Part shown: piece by piece, positions 27,030 through 40,125 of the stretch
How positions within the stretch are numbered: position 1 is the stretch's first letter
Layout: every line of letters starts with the position of its first letter
Assembly: GCA_035221665.1 (NCBI GenBank)
Contig: CM069147.1
Coordinates: 12,524,001-12,588,000 of the forward strand
Direction: 5' to 3'
Length of the DNA stretch: 64,000 nt
Source of the DNA: Okamejei kenojei
Lineage: Eukaryota
Position numbers and translations under genes: made by a program
Notes under the pieces: generated by a model
What the model saw: only the letters and a program-made list of their open reading frames with translations
Databases searched by the model: none
What the model was told of the DNA's origin: nothing

Positions 27030-28147
27030 TTAAGTGTGGAGAATGCTGATATACACGGGTAGTTTGAGATTAGGAAGGTGGAGGTGTTGGGGTACTTGAA
27101 GATAGGTGGATAAATCTCCAGGATCTGATGGGATCTGTCCCAAGTTAGTGACAGGAGCAAGTGAGGAAATTATGGGAGCCTTGACAAAGATCTTTGCATC
27201 TCTAGCCATAAGCAATGTCCTGGTTGACTGGAGAGTAACTAATGTTGCCCCTTTATTTAAGATGGGAAGTAGAGAGAAACCAAGGAATGGCGGGCCTGTG
27301 AGCTATTGGAGAGGATTCCTTGGGATATGATTAATTCCCATTTGGAAGAGAATGGGTTAATTAGGGACAGTCAGCATAACTACACAGCAGGTTATATCTT
27401 ACTAACTTGATTGAGTTGGTTCAGGAAGTGACAACGATGATTGATAAGTGTAGGGCAGTGAATATTATTAGATGGATTTTTGTAAGTTATTTCATATAAA
27501 GTTCCCCCTGGTATACTGATGCAGAAGCTTAAGATGCATGGTTTTAGTAATCACTTAGTCATATGGATTCTAAACTGGCTTACTGTTAGATGACAGGGTT
27601 GTGGTGGAAGGACAATATTCAGGCTGGAGGTCTGTGACCTGTGGCGTTTCACAGGGACCTCTGTGCCTGGGACCTCTGCTGTTTGTGATATATAAAAATG
27701 ACTTGGATGTGAATGTGGATGGTTAGTAAGTTTGCAGATGACACCAAGATTGCTGGGATCGCAGACTGAGGAATTAAGTCTTTTTTTAAAAGCATTAATG
27801 CACAAAATGATCTTGGGGTCCAAGGCCATAACTCACAGAAGATGGCGGCACAAGTAGATAGGGTGGTAAATAAGGTGTATGGTATGCTTGCCTTCATTGC
27901 AAGGGGCATTTGAAGTATTGCCTGCAGTTCTGGTCGCCCTACTAGAGGAAGGATGTGGAGGCTTTGAGAGGGTAGAGAGGATTTTCAAGTATGTCAGACT
28001 GGTATCGGAGGTTATGGGGAGATGGCAGGAGAATGGGGTTAGGAGAGAGAGATAGATCAGCCATGATTGAATGGCCTAATTCTACTCCTATCACTTAAGA
28101 TCAGTATGCTGCCTGGGTTAAAGGGTTTCAGCTACAAGGAGAGGTTA
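27030..28147 (+). mobile_element. Old CR1 LINE, 5' part (continues at 32580-32930)
   Basis: KSPGSDGI, DWRVTNVAPLFK and FADDTK motifs. The element is split by the L1 insertion. Confidence 0.85.
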
Positions 28148-29159
28148 TTTAAAAAAAAATATCTTTATTTATTAGCGGTACTGTCAGTTCCATTAGTGTA
28201 CATCCCTTGTATTGTATTAGTCATTGTACCCCTTAATTTTTATTTTTTAAGGCTTTAGAAAAGAAAGAATAGAGAGAAAAATAGCAGCATAGATAGTAGA
28301 AAAGTGAAAAAGAGATGTGAAAGTGCAAAAGCGTGACAGAGGTGAAAGGAAACCCTTGAAGAGTTAGAAACGGGAATTAAGAGATAGACCCTGGAGAGGA
28401 AAAAAAAAGAAAAAGGGAAAAATAGAGAAAGAAAAAAGAAAAGCCAGTTACTTTATTATAAACATCTCGCTAAAGGAATCTACCAACTCGACAGTTTTTC
28501 TTCCCCCTTTACCAAGAACCGACACCGGTACTTTTTTGAGGTATTCTTGCACCTTATCCTTGTAATAGATTTATAAATGCAGACCACGTCTTATAAAAAC
28601 AGTCTGATTTTCCTGCTAGTCGGAGTCTCATATCTTCCAAGTGTAGTGTTTCGAACATAGTTGAGATCCACATATTGACTGTTGGTACCGGAGAATTTTT
28701 CTAGAATTTTAAGATTGGCTTTTTTCCAGTTATTAAGCCATATTCAAGTAGAGTCTTTTGAAACACATATAATTCGGGGCAATCTTCCGATATCCCGAAG
28801 ATTATCCAGTCTGCTTCCGGGGTCAGTTTTATTTTAAATATTTTTGTAAAAATTTCAGTCCAAAATGTTTGAATTTTTGTACAAAAGACAAATGAGTGTG
28901 CTATATTAGCTTCTTAACATTGACATTTATCACATATAGGAGAGAAGTTGGGAAAAAGTTTACTTATTTTAGTTTTTGAATAGTATAATCTGTGTAGGAT
29001 TTTAAATTGTATTAAGGTGTGTCTTACATTAATTGAACATTTATGCACGTTTAATAAATATTCTTCCCACCTTTGGGAATGTTTATACTTAATTCTTTTT
29101 CCCAGTCTCTCCTGATACCATCTGTTGTTAGTATTTCTGCATTTAGAATAATATATATA

Positions 29160-30748
29160 CAGTGGCTTGCAAAAGTATATTCATAACCCTTGAACTTTTC
29201 CACAATTTGTCACGTTACAACCACAAACATAAGTGTACTTTATGTGATAGAACAACACAAAGTGGTGCATAATTGTGAAGTGGAAGGAAAATGATACATG
29301 GTTTAAAAAAATGTTTTACAAATAAAAAACTGAAAAGTGGTGTGCAAAAGGATTTAGCCCCCTTTACTCTGATACCCCTAAATAAAATCCAGTGCAACCA
29401 ATTGCCTTCAGAAGTCACCTAATTAGTAAATAGAGTGTCACTTGTGTGTAATCTAATCTCAGTATAAATACAGCTGTTCTGTGAAGGCCTCAGAGGTTTG
29501 TTAGAGAACATTAGTGAACAAACAGCATCATGAAGCCCAAGGAACACACCAGACAGGTCAGGGATACAGTTGTGGAGAAGTTTAAAGCAGGATTAGGTTA
29601 TAAAAAAAATCCCAAGCTTTGAACATCTCACGGAGCACTGTTCAATCCATCATCTGAAAATGGAAAGAGTATGGCACAACTGCAAACCTACCAAGACATG
29701 GCCGTCCATAAACTGACAGGCCGGGCAAGGAGAGCATTGATCAGAGAAGCAGCCAAGAAGCCCATGGTAACTCCCATTCTCCCACAGCTCAGGTGGGAGA
29801 ATCTGTCCACAGGACAACTATTAGTCGCGCACTCCACAAATCGGGCCTTTATGGAAGAGTGGCAAGAAGAAAGCCATTGTTGAAACAAAGCCATAAGAAG
29901 TCCCGTTTGCAGTTTGCCAGAAGCCATGTGGGGGATACAGCAAACATGTGGAGGAAGGTGCTCTGGCCTGATGAGACCAAAATTGAAGTTTTTGGCCTAA
30001 ATGCAAAATGTGGGAAACTAACACTGCACATCACCCTGAACACACCATCCCCACTGTGAAACATGGTGGTGGCAGCATCATGCTGTGGGGATGCTTTTCT
30101 TCAGCAGGGACAGGGAAGCTGGTCAGAGTTGATGGCGAGATGTATTGTGCCAATTACAGGGCAATCTTGGAAGAAAACCTGTTAGAGTCTGCAAAAGACT
30201 TGAGACTGGGGCGGAGGTTCACCTTCCAGCAGGACAACGACCCTAAACATACAACCAGAGCTACAATGGAATCGTTGGTTTAGATCAAAGTATATGCATG
30301 TGTTAGAATGGCCCAGTCAAAGTCCAGACCTAAATCCAATTGAGAATCTCTGGCTAGACTTGAAAATTGCTGTTCACAGACGTTCTCCATCCAATCTGAC
30401 TGAGCTTGAGCTATTTTGCAAAGAAGAATGGGCAAAAGTTTCAGTCTCTAGATGTGCAAAGCTGGTAGAGACATACCCCAAAAGACTTGCAGCTGTAATT
30501 GCAGCGAAAGGTGGTTCTACAAAGTATTGACTCAGGGGGGCTGAATACTTTTGCACGCCACACTTGTCAGTTTTTTATTTGTAATAAAATTTGGAAACCA
30601 TGTATCATTTTCCTTCCACTTCACAATTATGCACCGCTTTGTGTTGGTCTATCACATAAAATCCCAATAAAATACATTTACGTTTGTGGTTGTAACGTGA
30701 CAAAATGTGGAAAAGTTCAAGGGGTATGAATACTTTTGCAAGCCACTG
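29160..30748 (+). mobile_element. Tc1/mariner DNA transposon (DD34E, IR/DR type, Passport-like), disabled
   Basis: TA TSDs at 29158-29159 and 30749-30750. TIRs of about 200 bp start CAGTGGCTTGCAAAAGTAT. The transposase at 29530-30530 has WPDETK, QQDNDPKH, WPSQSPDLNPIE and GGSTKY*, with frameshifts. Confidence 0.96.
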
Positions 30749-30829
30749 TATATGATATTAGGTTTGCTGATTCTGCCTTTGTATTCATTACCTCTTCCAG
30801 TAAATCTGGAGACATATAGTGATAATCTT

Positions 30830-31420
30830 AAACATAGAAACATAGAAATTAGGTGCAGGAGTAGGCCATTCAGCCCTTCGAGCCTGCACCGCCATTCAAT
30901 ATGATCATGGCTGATCATCCAACTCAGTATCCCGTACCTGCCTTCTCTCCATACCCTCTGATCCAACTCACTCTTAAATATAGCCAATGAACTGGCCTCA
31001 ACTACCCTCTGTGGCAGAGAGTTCCAGAGACTCACCACTCTCTGTGTGAAGAAAGTCTTTCTCATCTCGGTCTTAAAGGATTTCCCCCTTATCCTTAAGC
31101 TGTGACCCCTTGTCCTGGACTTCCCCAACATCGGGAACAATCTTCCTGCATCTAGCCTGTCCAACCCCTTAAGAATTTTGTAAGTTTCTATAAGATCCCC
31201 TCTTAATCTCCTAAATTCCAGAGAGTATAAACCGAGTCTATCCAGTCTTTCTTCATAAGACAGTCCTGACATCCCAGGAATCAGTCTGGTGAACCTTCTC
31301 TGCACTCCCTCTATGGCAATAATGTCCTTCCTCAGATTTGGAGACCAAAACTGCACGCAATACTCTAGGTGTGGTCTCACCAAGACCCTGTACAACTGAA
31401 GTAGAACCTCCCTGCTCCTG
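30830..31420 (-). mobile_element. Young CR1 3' fragment with 7-bp TSD
   Basis: Open CR1 C-terminal ORF. TSD TAATCTT at 30823-30829 and 31421-31427. Confidence 0.92.
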
Positions 31421-32579
31421 TAATCTTGTTTGTATTTTTTTCAGATAGTCACAGATTTGGAAATATTTAAAATACTGATTGTTTCCCAAATTGTATTTTA
31501 GTTGTGTTTGTTTAAATGATAATAGTTTTCCCGATTCATACACATCTCCGAAGATTTTAATTCCAGCTCTTTCCCATTGTATAAATGCTTTATCTATAGA
31601 TGAAGGTTTAAATGAGGGGTTTTTACCGATAGGAGATAAGAGAGATAAATTTCTTAATTTTAGATTGTGTTTTATTTGTTTCCAAATTCTGATTGTACTG
31701 TATATAATTGGATTATTGTTGTAATTTATATTATTCATCGATATTGGAGAGAGAAGGATTGCTCCAATATTATAAGGAGAGCAATCCTCTCTCCATAATC
31801 GTCCAATCCGATTGGGGAGAGTTATCCAGCAATTGGATCATGTTTCTGATATTTACAGACTAGTAGTAATACATAAAGTTGGGGAGTGCTAATCCCCCTA
31901 CTACTTTGGGTTTATTCAGATGAGCTCTTTGTATCCTGTGGGATTTATAATCACAAATAAAATTTGTGATATCTGAGTCCAGTTTTTTTTTAAACTTTTT
32001 GGGTGAATATATTGGGATAGATCGGAACAGGTATAAAATTTTTGTTGGAAAAATCATTTTTATGGCATTTATTCGGCCTATTAAGGACATCGGAAGCGTT
32101 TTCCAAACTTTAATCAAGTTACATAGTTTCTTAAGTAGAGGGTTATAATTTTCGTCAAATATCTTGATATCTTCTAGTAATTTTGATGCCCAAGCATTTA
32201 AATTTTTCCGTAGCTATTTTGAAAGGAAACTCTAAAAGATGCGTAGAGTCTTTCGGTTTTATTGACATGATTTCACTTTTATTCCAATTTATTCTATATC
32301 CTGAAAATGATCTGAAGTCCTATATTAATTTTAAAATATTTGGTATAGTAATATGAAGTTTTGTGATGTACAATAGTACGTCGTCAGCGTATAGTGATAT
32401 TTTATTATTGGAATATTTTGTTTTATCTCCATGGATATTCGGATGAGTTCTGATTCTTTCCGCTAGGGGTTCAATTATGAGGGCAAATAACAACGGTGAT
32501 AATGAACATCCTTGTCTGTTTCCCCTTGACAAATGAAATTTCGTAGATAAATTATTGCTCGTTAATATTCTGCCCGTTG

Positions 32580-32930
32580 TACAAGGAGAGGTTAGATAAG
32601 CTTGGATTGTGCTCCTTCATTCACTGGCAACTTGATAGAAGTATATAAAATTATGAGAGGCATAAAGAGGGTAGACAGTCAGAACCTTTTTTCGAGGGTG
32701 GAGCACTAGAAGGCATCACTATAAGGTGGGAGGGGGAAACTTTAATCGAGAATTGCAGGGAAAGTTTTTTATTACTGAGTTGTGGGGGCCTAGATCACAT
32801 TGCCAGGGGTGGTGGTGGAGGAAGATACAATAGAGGTTTTTAGATAGGCACATGGAAGTGCAAGGAATAATGTGATATGGATCGTACAGGCAGATGAGAT
32901 CAGTTTAATTTGGCATCATGTTTGGCATGT
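32580..32930 (+). mobile_element. CR1 3' part (continuation of 27030-28147)
   Basis: Resumes YKERLDKLGL exactly at the L1 TSD. Confidence 0.85.
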
Positions 32931-33139
32931 TTTTTGTTGGATTGTTTTCTCTGAAGAATTGCAGATCTGATGGAAATACTGGCACCAAAGTGACAGTTCA
33001 ATCATTTAACCTTTCAGTTGTGCATGATAAAGATTGAAACATATGAGATCAAGCTGAGAGTTGAAAAAATGTAAACTTTTTAAATGAAAAAAAATCCATT
33101 GACATCCACTATAAACCCACTGACACCTGGACCAACACC

Positions 33140-33365
33140 TTGATCGGAAGCATGGATCGCCTCAACGCAAGGGAGAAGAAGGAAGGAAGAGAAAAGGACT
33201 TTAAGAATTTTGCCTTCCATCACAGTGAGGAGGACCTGGTGGACTCACTGTGGTGGATGTTAAATCTGTGTTTATGGTGTGTTTTGTTATTTCCATGTTA
33301 TGACTGCAAGGCATGACATTTCATTCAGACTGAAAAGTCTGAATGACAATAAAGGATACTTTAAT
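33140..33365 (+). mobile_element. Hairpin-bearing interspersed repeat, copy 2, next to a Penelope RT fragment
   Basis: Homologous to 6752-6995. The adjacent 33388-33460 encodes PFLDLTISIAGDRLLTNIHYKPTD, a PLE RT motif. Confidence 0.65.
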
Positions 33366-34447
33366 TTACCATTTCTGACATTTCCCTACCATTTCTTGAC
33401 CTCACTATCTCCATCGCAGGTGATAGACTACTGACCAACATCCACTATAAACCCACTGACTACCTGGACTCCATTGAATGTTAACATTGTTGTGCTTTTA
33501 TAACAACTACTTTGGGTGAAGATAGTTTCATAAATATTAGCACATCATGAAGATCTCGCATGTACCTCTGGTTACAAAGTGAAAAGTTTCAGGAATGATA
33601 GTTTGTAAGTATCTCAGTTAAATTTGTGTGGATTATACTTGAGAAGATTGCATGATAATGCGCCCAGCAAAGGAGTTTGTTCGCTCATGTGTAAAACGAC
33701 GCATAGGCTCGCTGTTGGCGTCCATCGTCGTCCAACATGTTGACTGAATTGGTCGCCCGACGCGTCACAGAGTGCATTGTGTCGTCGTTCCTGGGGATCG
33801 CCAGGAGGCCTCTGTCATGATCCCCAGCAAAGGAGTAAGGAATCATTGATGACAACATCTGAACTTCCAAGTTTAATCGAGCATGTACAATTCATAATTC
33901 AATTTGCAGTGTAATAGCGACGAATGCTGGCAGTTTCTTGCAAATACTGGCCCATACTTTGCTTCTAGCTCCCTTCATAGTGTTATTTTGTTGATGCTAA
34001 TTTTTGCATATTATTATATTTATACCTTTTCCCCTCATTTTGGTATAACGTCCAAATTTGCACCCTTTTGTTGTTAGACTTCTTCATGGTATTTTAATGG
34101 AGAACATTTCCTGCAACCAAATGAAATAAAATTGAACACGATTCTCTACCTTGGAGAACAGTGTCCAGGGCAACCTGTGTGTACAACTGAGCTGAACAAA
34201 CAATTGCATTAAAACCTAACCAAGCTGATAGATTTTTGTTTTTTAACAACTGGTTAAATACAAAAATGACAATTCAGGAAAATAATATTGAAGCATACTG
34301 ATGACAATATTGTCACTGAATAATTTTTATATTTCCAACAAGCACTGTTTCCTCTTGGGGTCGTGTGGTTACTGATTCAGGATGTGTAGCTGCTTCAAAT
34401 TGGTATTTATCATTCTCGGTTACGCCACTGACGCTATCACTTTAGAA

Positions 34448-34487
34448 ATGGATATTTCAAGTCAAGATATTTCAGAAGAGTTGCAAG
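34448..34487 (+). CDS. CARMIL2: CARMIL2 (RLTPR) first coding exon
   Basis: Translates MDISSQDISEELQ then G|gtaatg. This 40-nt phase-1 start exon resembles CARMIL N-termini (…I/VSxEL…) and splices in frame to 38741. Confidence 0.8.
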
Positions 34488-35452
34488 GTAATGATTTTTG
34501 CTTTTGGTAATTCTTAACGAAGAGTTTAGTGTGCCACCTTTAAATTTCTCTGTAGTCTCTCAGTTTTAAGTAGTTACTTTTGAAAATGCAAACCAGAAAG
34601 GAGACGAGCAACTAGCATATGATTCATCCTGCAACGTGCTTAAGCAACACTTGCAAAGTACATGAGTAAAGTAGATCATGGATAGAAAAAAAATACAAGA
34701 ACATTTCATTAGCAGAAATACATTATATTTGTTAAAATGTGAAAGGTTATGTTGTAATCTGGGCATATATGTTTTAATAAATGCACTTTAGGCATTTTAA
34801 AACACTTTTTTTAAGCATCTTGAGAATATTCTTCACTTCATGATTACATTGTGTTACTTTTAAATTGCGCTTTTATTGAGACTAAAATTGCATTACATTG
34901 AATTTTAACTGAAAATTGCTTTCTAAAGGAACTGTATTCATTTCAGTGCTTTTCAGTTTGTTATTAATTTGATAGGTTTATTTTATAATGAGAGGCTAAG
35001 CAGACTCGGCCTATACTCCCATACTGACGAGAATGATATGTAATCTTAGATTTTTTTTTTTAAGAGCATTATAGTGTGGATGTGGAGCTGATGGTTAATG
35101 CTGGCTGGAGTACATAAAACCCACTGTCATAGTCTTAAAATAAGGGGTCAGCCAATTGGCACAGATTGAATGAAATGTATTTGTGAGGAGCAGGCATATT
35201 GATATCCCGAGAGACAGTTCCTCAATGGAGCCAGCGTCCCTCCTGGCACAAAGCTTCGTGCTCCGCTTGTAACATTTTGGTTTTAGAAGACTATAGACAG
35301 TGATTATCACAGTAGAATTACACTGTTCAAGAGTCGAGTGTTTATTTGCCATTTTGCACTGGATATGAACTGGAACAATTAAGTTCAAACTTGCCAAAGC
35401 TTTACAGGCACATTAGGCTTAACAATAATAATAAATGTGCAATAAGTTACTT

Positions 35453-35620
35453 AGGGTACAATGACACAGTGGTAGAACTGGCGCCCCAGTGCGCCAAAAT
35501 GCCAGGTTAGTTCCTGACTACACGTGCTGTCTATAAAGAATTCCTGCGTCGTCCTTGTGACCTCGTGGGTTTTCTCTGGGTGCTCTGGTTTGCTCCCACA
35601 CTCCAAAGACCTACAGGTTA
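35453..35620 (+). mobile_element. Degraded V-SINE
   Basis: tRNA-like head and remnant V-domain. Confidence 0.65.
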
Positions 35621-38106
35621 ATAAGTACTCTTGAACAGTGCAGGACTGCTATGATGGCACTCTCAATACTGTCTTCCAGAACTGAGATGATAGCCATTAC
35701 CTTGGCAGAAAGATCTATCTCTGACGGTATGTCCATGAGTTGATGTACCAGTAGCCTGAGCTTCAGTGTCTGCAATCTGTGCTGTTGAATCTTATGAGAG
35801 TTGCCAGCAGAAGTTCCAGAATGGTGAGATCACTGTTAATGGAGATGACTACCAGGCCAAGAAAGACAAAAGGTGCTCAGCGGGTCAGGCAGCATCTCTA
35901 GAGAATGTGGACCAGTGACGTCTTCATGTCAGGACCCATCCGATCCCAAAAGCAATTGTGTATCCCTTTTCCTGCCAGGAATGATGTGTTAGTGAAAATT
36001 TTGACTTACTTTGAGAATGTAGTTGAAGTATTGTTGAGGTATAGATTGCAATGACTGTGAATGAGGATGGAGTAGCCTGGTAAAATTTGCTCTTAGAGCA
36101 AAAGAGTAAAGGAGAGAAAATGATAGGAAATCGTGCATGTTTTGAGTTCTGGGATCAGTTAGATTAAATTAAAGAATGGAAATGAGTAATTTGATAAATG
36201 TTTTTCTGAATCTGGTAATTTTTTTAATGAATTTCCATAACAAAATTAATCCAGTTAGATTATAACTAATATACATCTGCCCAAAAAAACAGCAGAAATA
36301 CTTTAATGCTAGCAAAAGCATTGAAATATCTTCAATATTGCATACATGATCTTGGTTAATTACTCTGTTTCATGTACTCTGCCGTCTATTTCTACTGATT
36401 GCAATGATTTTAAATTTCCTCTGATTTAACTCCCTTGAGATGACACTTGCTTTTCGAAAGTGCAATTTTGTTTATTGATCCATATCTGTTTTAATATGGG
36501 TAACACTGAAATGAAACTTTCTTTCATTAGAATTTTGAGAACTGGTACAACATTACAGCCAATTGCAGTGACTGACTTTGGCAGAAGTTAACGTGTATCA
36601 GGAATGCCTTGTAATTTCCCCCCGACCCGCTCCTCCTACCTTTCTGTCGGTGATGCTGACTTCTGGCTTCCACTGTGCCATTTGGTTATTTTATATGCCA
36701 TACAATACAATAATATAAATAAATGGAAGTGTGTGTGTTTCATGATGGCACATTGCCAGGGAATGACAGAGCACAGATGGACAATTTGTAATTTCTGCAG
36801 AGAACAACTGAATCAAAATAAGGCACTTTTCCACAAACACGCTGAGATGAGCAGATGCTATTACAGCAGGCAATGAATGGAGTTAGGAAGGTGAAAAATA
36901 TATATATTGTCAGTGAAAAATTAAAGACATCCTTGAGGATTAATCTTCAGCACTTAAAAATAGTTAACAAGTTTTGTGCAAAGCGAGACATTAAAGCCTT
37001 TTCATGAAGATACATAAACGTTTCATGAAGCTGTTGTTAATTAACATACAAAACTGTTTCAATAGATTTTCAGGATTTGAAAGGTCACATTTTATGAAGT
37101 TATCACACAAGTGCAAATAGACAATAGTTTCAGGAGTAGGCCATTTGGCCCTTCGAGCCAGCACCGCCATTCACTTTCATCCACAATCAGTATATATTCA
37201 TGCTCTTCTTAGGTAAAGCTAATACTGTCATATAGCACAGAAAGAAGCCCTTAATCAAAGAATGTCGCTGTGACGTGACCATAAAGCATTCATTCATTTG
37301 GCCCAACATGTTCATGCTGAACATCACGTACCACTCCTAACTAATCCTCTATACCAATAGTTGGTCCAAAGCCTGCGATGCCTTGGCAATTTGAGTGCTC
37401 ATTAAGACAATTGTTAAGTATTGTGAGACTCCCTGTCTCCATATCATCATTGAAAGCAAAATATCTTGACGTACATTTGTCAAGTCAGGGCTAATTTTGC
37501 TTCTGTGCCTCTCCAGAGGTTTTGCAGTGCAGAACACCACACCGAGAGCCATGGATATGATTTGGAGAACATTTTACCACAGGCTCAAATCAATCCAGAA
37601 ACTGAAGCACTTCATCCAATTCCAAATTGATTCTAGTTGACCATAACTTCTACATCTGTTCCTGGGACTGATAAGTTGGACGTAGCTATCATGGGCCATG
37701 CCCATAGACTATTGAATCTCCTGCTGAGACTCCTTTAAGTCCATATGTTTCTTAATCCTGAGCTGAGAAGCAATCCTTTATAAACTGCTCAAGTTTACTG
37801 AAACTGATGAAGTGAAAAAATGTAACACGATAAGTAGAACGTTGGATCTTTAATGCTCCCTTTCTAAGGTTTCAATGCCACAATGTTTTAGTAGTCAAAA
37901 CCAGGACAGAACAGGGCTTCCACAATTGAAGTCTGGATGGTGTTATCAGAAGGTGATATCTAAACATAAAGAATCTGTTGCTGCCTGTGGTGTCAGCAAA
38001 TCAGCAGCTGCTCTCACTAAGCAATTCATTCAATTGAATTCCTTCCATCCTGTAATCACTACCAGATATAGTTAACTATGAGCCTGAAGAGGCCTATTTT
38101 ATTTAC

Positions 38107-38386
38107 TTTAGAGATACAGCATGGAAACAGGCCCTTTGACCCACCAACCAGCGATCACCCGATACACTCACACTTTGCTAGACATTAGGGACAATTTACA
38201 ATTTCACCAAAGCCGATTAACCTACAAAGCTGCATGTGTTTGGAGTGTGAGAGGAAACCGGAGCACCAGGAGAAGTCACGGGGAGAACGTGCAAACTCCG
38301 TACAGATAGCACCCATAGTCTGAATCGCACCTGGGTCTCTGGTGCTGTAAGGCAGCCGCTCTACTGCTGCGCTGCCGTGCCACCCC
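38107..38386 (-). mobile_element. V-SINE
   Basis: Same family as 9797-10088. Confidence 0.85.
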
Positions 38387-38740
38387 TAACTGAGGAACAT
38401 TTCATGGAGCTCCGCATTTTGAACCTAAAGTTATCAACCCCACTCTGATAAACAATTATCGGATGACATTATGCACTTAGCCACTAGATTATGTTCATGA
38501 CTTCCTGTTCATGGAGTCTCGCTATTTAACCAGAATAATAGAGCCTGTTCCTGTTGCACGGAAGCAAAATGAAAATACACCTTGGTTAAGACCTTGTTCT
38601 AACTTGCAACTTTGACAGTATTTAACTATAGATTGAGCTGTAATAATAGATTTGCTTCCTCATGAGTAAAGTACATTAACATTGTGATTTGTAAAGTGTC
38701 ATCCCTTCCAGCAATGCTTCAGTGTTTTATTTGTTTACAG

Positions 38741-38832
38741 AACAAATAACCAAGATTTTACAGCCAAAGAAAGTAGAGTTCATGAAGAAAGTGACATCAA
38801 CAGTGAAGTGCAAATCAGAAGCAAAGATATTG
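38741..38832 (+). CDS. CARMIL2: CARMIL2 coding exon 2 (PH-like domain)
   Basis: tttacag|AA...TTG|gtatgt. Translates EQITKILQPKKVEFMKKVTSTVKCKSEAKIL, comparable to recalled human CARMIL2 EITRFLWPKEVELL...VL. 92 nt, phase 1-0. Confidence 0.85.
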
Positions 38833-39214
38833 GTATGTTCATTAATATTTGGGATGTTCTAAAAAATGGTACATATGTGTGCTAGTGGGAAAATGTGTTT
38901 TAAATTTATCATTAAGCTAGCAGCGGCAATGGTAAACCACTTACTTCAAAGGTCGTGCTAGGAATATTTCATTCTGAACTTGTGACTGATTTTATCTGGA
39001 AAACAATAGAGAAACTGCAGTTGGTCCTGCTCTGCAGTCTAGAGTAGGCAGGGGGTAACATGTAAATATGTAACTCAGATCTAACACTCAGTTGTCATGA
39101 TCTGCTATCAGGCCTAGAGTATGGTCTTGCAATAAGGTCCGGGTATCATGTTCATTTGTGTGCATTTATACCACTGCAGAGGTTGTTTCCATTTAATAAA
39201 TGGAAGCAGAAAAT

Positions 39215-40125
39215 TACATAGAAACATAGAAAGTAGGTGGAGATGTAGGCCATTCGGCCCTTTCAAGCCAGCACCACCATTCAATATGATCATGGCTGAT
39301 CATCCCGAATCCATACCGTGTTCCTGCTTTTCCCCCATATCCCTTGATTTGGTTAGCCCTAAGAGCTGTGAAGCTCAACTAAACATTGCGAAGGAACAAA
39401 ATCTCCAAAATCATAATAGAGAGTTGATAGGCAGAAGGATAACCCTTTAACAGTAGTGATGTGCAGACGGATTGTGGGGTCCAAGTCTATAGCTCCCTGA
39501 AAATAACAAAGCAAGTAGATGGAGTGGTGTATGGTATGGTATGGTATGCTCACCTTTATTGGACTGGGCATAAGTCAAGAAGTCGTGAGGCAGTTCTGTA
39601 CAAATTTGGTCAGGCCACATTTGGAGTATTGTGTGCAGTTCTGGTTCCCTGGAATGGATGTGGAAGCTTTGGAGAAGGTGCAGAAAAGGTTTACCAGAAA
39701 GTTGTCCGGATTAGAGGGGCATTAGCTACAGGTAGAGATTGAACAGATTTGCTTTCTTTGGAAGCCCAGAGGTTGAGTGGAGACCCGACAGACATATATA
39801 AAATGATGAGAGGCATAGATAGGACAGACCGTCAGAACCTTTTTCCCCAGGGTGGAAATGTCAAAGTCTAAAGGGCACAGCTTTAAGGTGAGGGGCAAGT
39901 TTTATATTACACAGAGTGTGGTGGGTACCTGGAACGTGCTGTCAGGGGTGGTGGTGAAGTCAGATAGGATGGTGGTGTTTATGAGGCTTTTAGATAGGCA
40001 GATAGAGATGTTGGGAATGGAGGAATAAGGGTCATGTGAAAGTAGATAAGGTTTGTTTACCTTGGCCCCTTGTTCAGCACGGACATGCTCGGCTGAAGGG
40101 TGTGCTCTTGCACTGTATTGCTCTA
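39215..40125. mobile_element. CR1 fragments (minus-strand tail 39215-39365; plus-strand 39460-40125)
   Basis: [13 protein letters not shown] motif and CR1 3' UTRs. Confidence 0.8.

Larger units (their letters stand above)
28148..32579 (-). mobile_element. 5'-truncated L1-clade LINE with 15-bp TSD, hosting Tc1 and CR1 insertions
   Basis: RGNRQGCSLSPLLF, YADDVL, WKTLPMSLIGRINAIKM and GGLALPNF motifs. TSD TACAAGGAGAGGTTA at 28133-28147 and 32580-32594. Confidence 0.92.

Noticed and set aside
33102-33460. 23-bp direct repeat as a TSD of the enclosed element
   Set aside because: The repeat is itself Penelope RT coding sequence (IHYKPTD) and does not coincide with the element ends.
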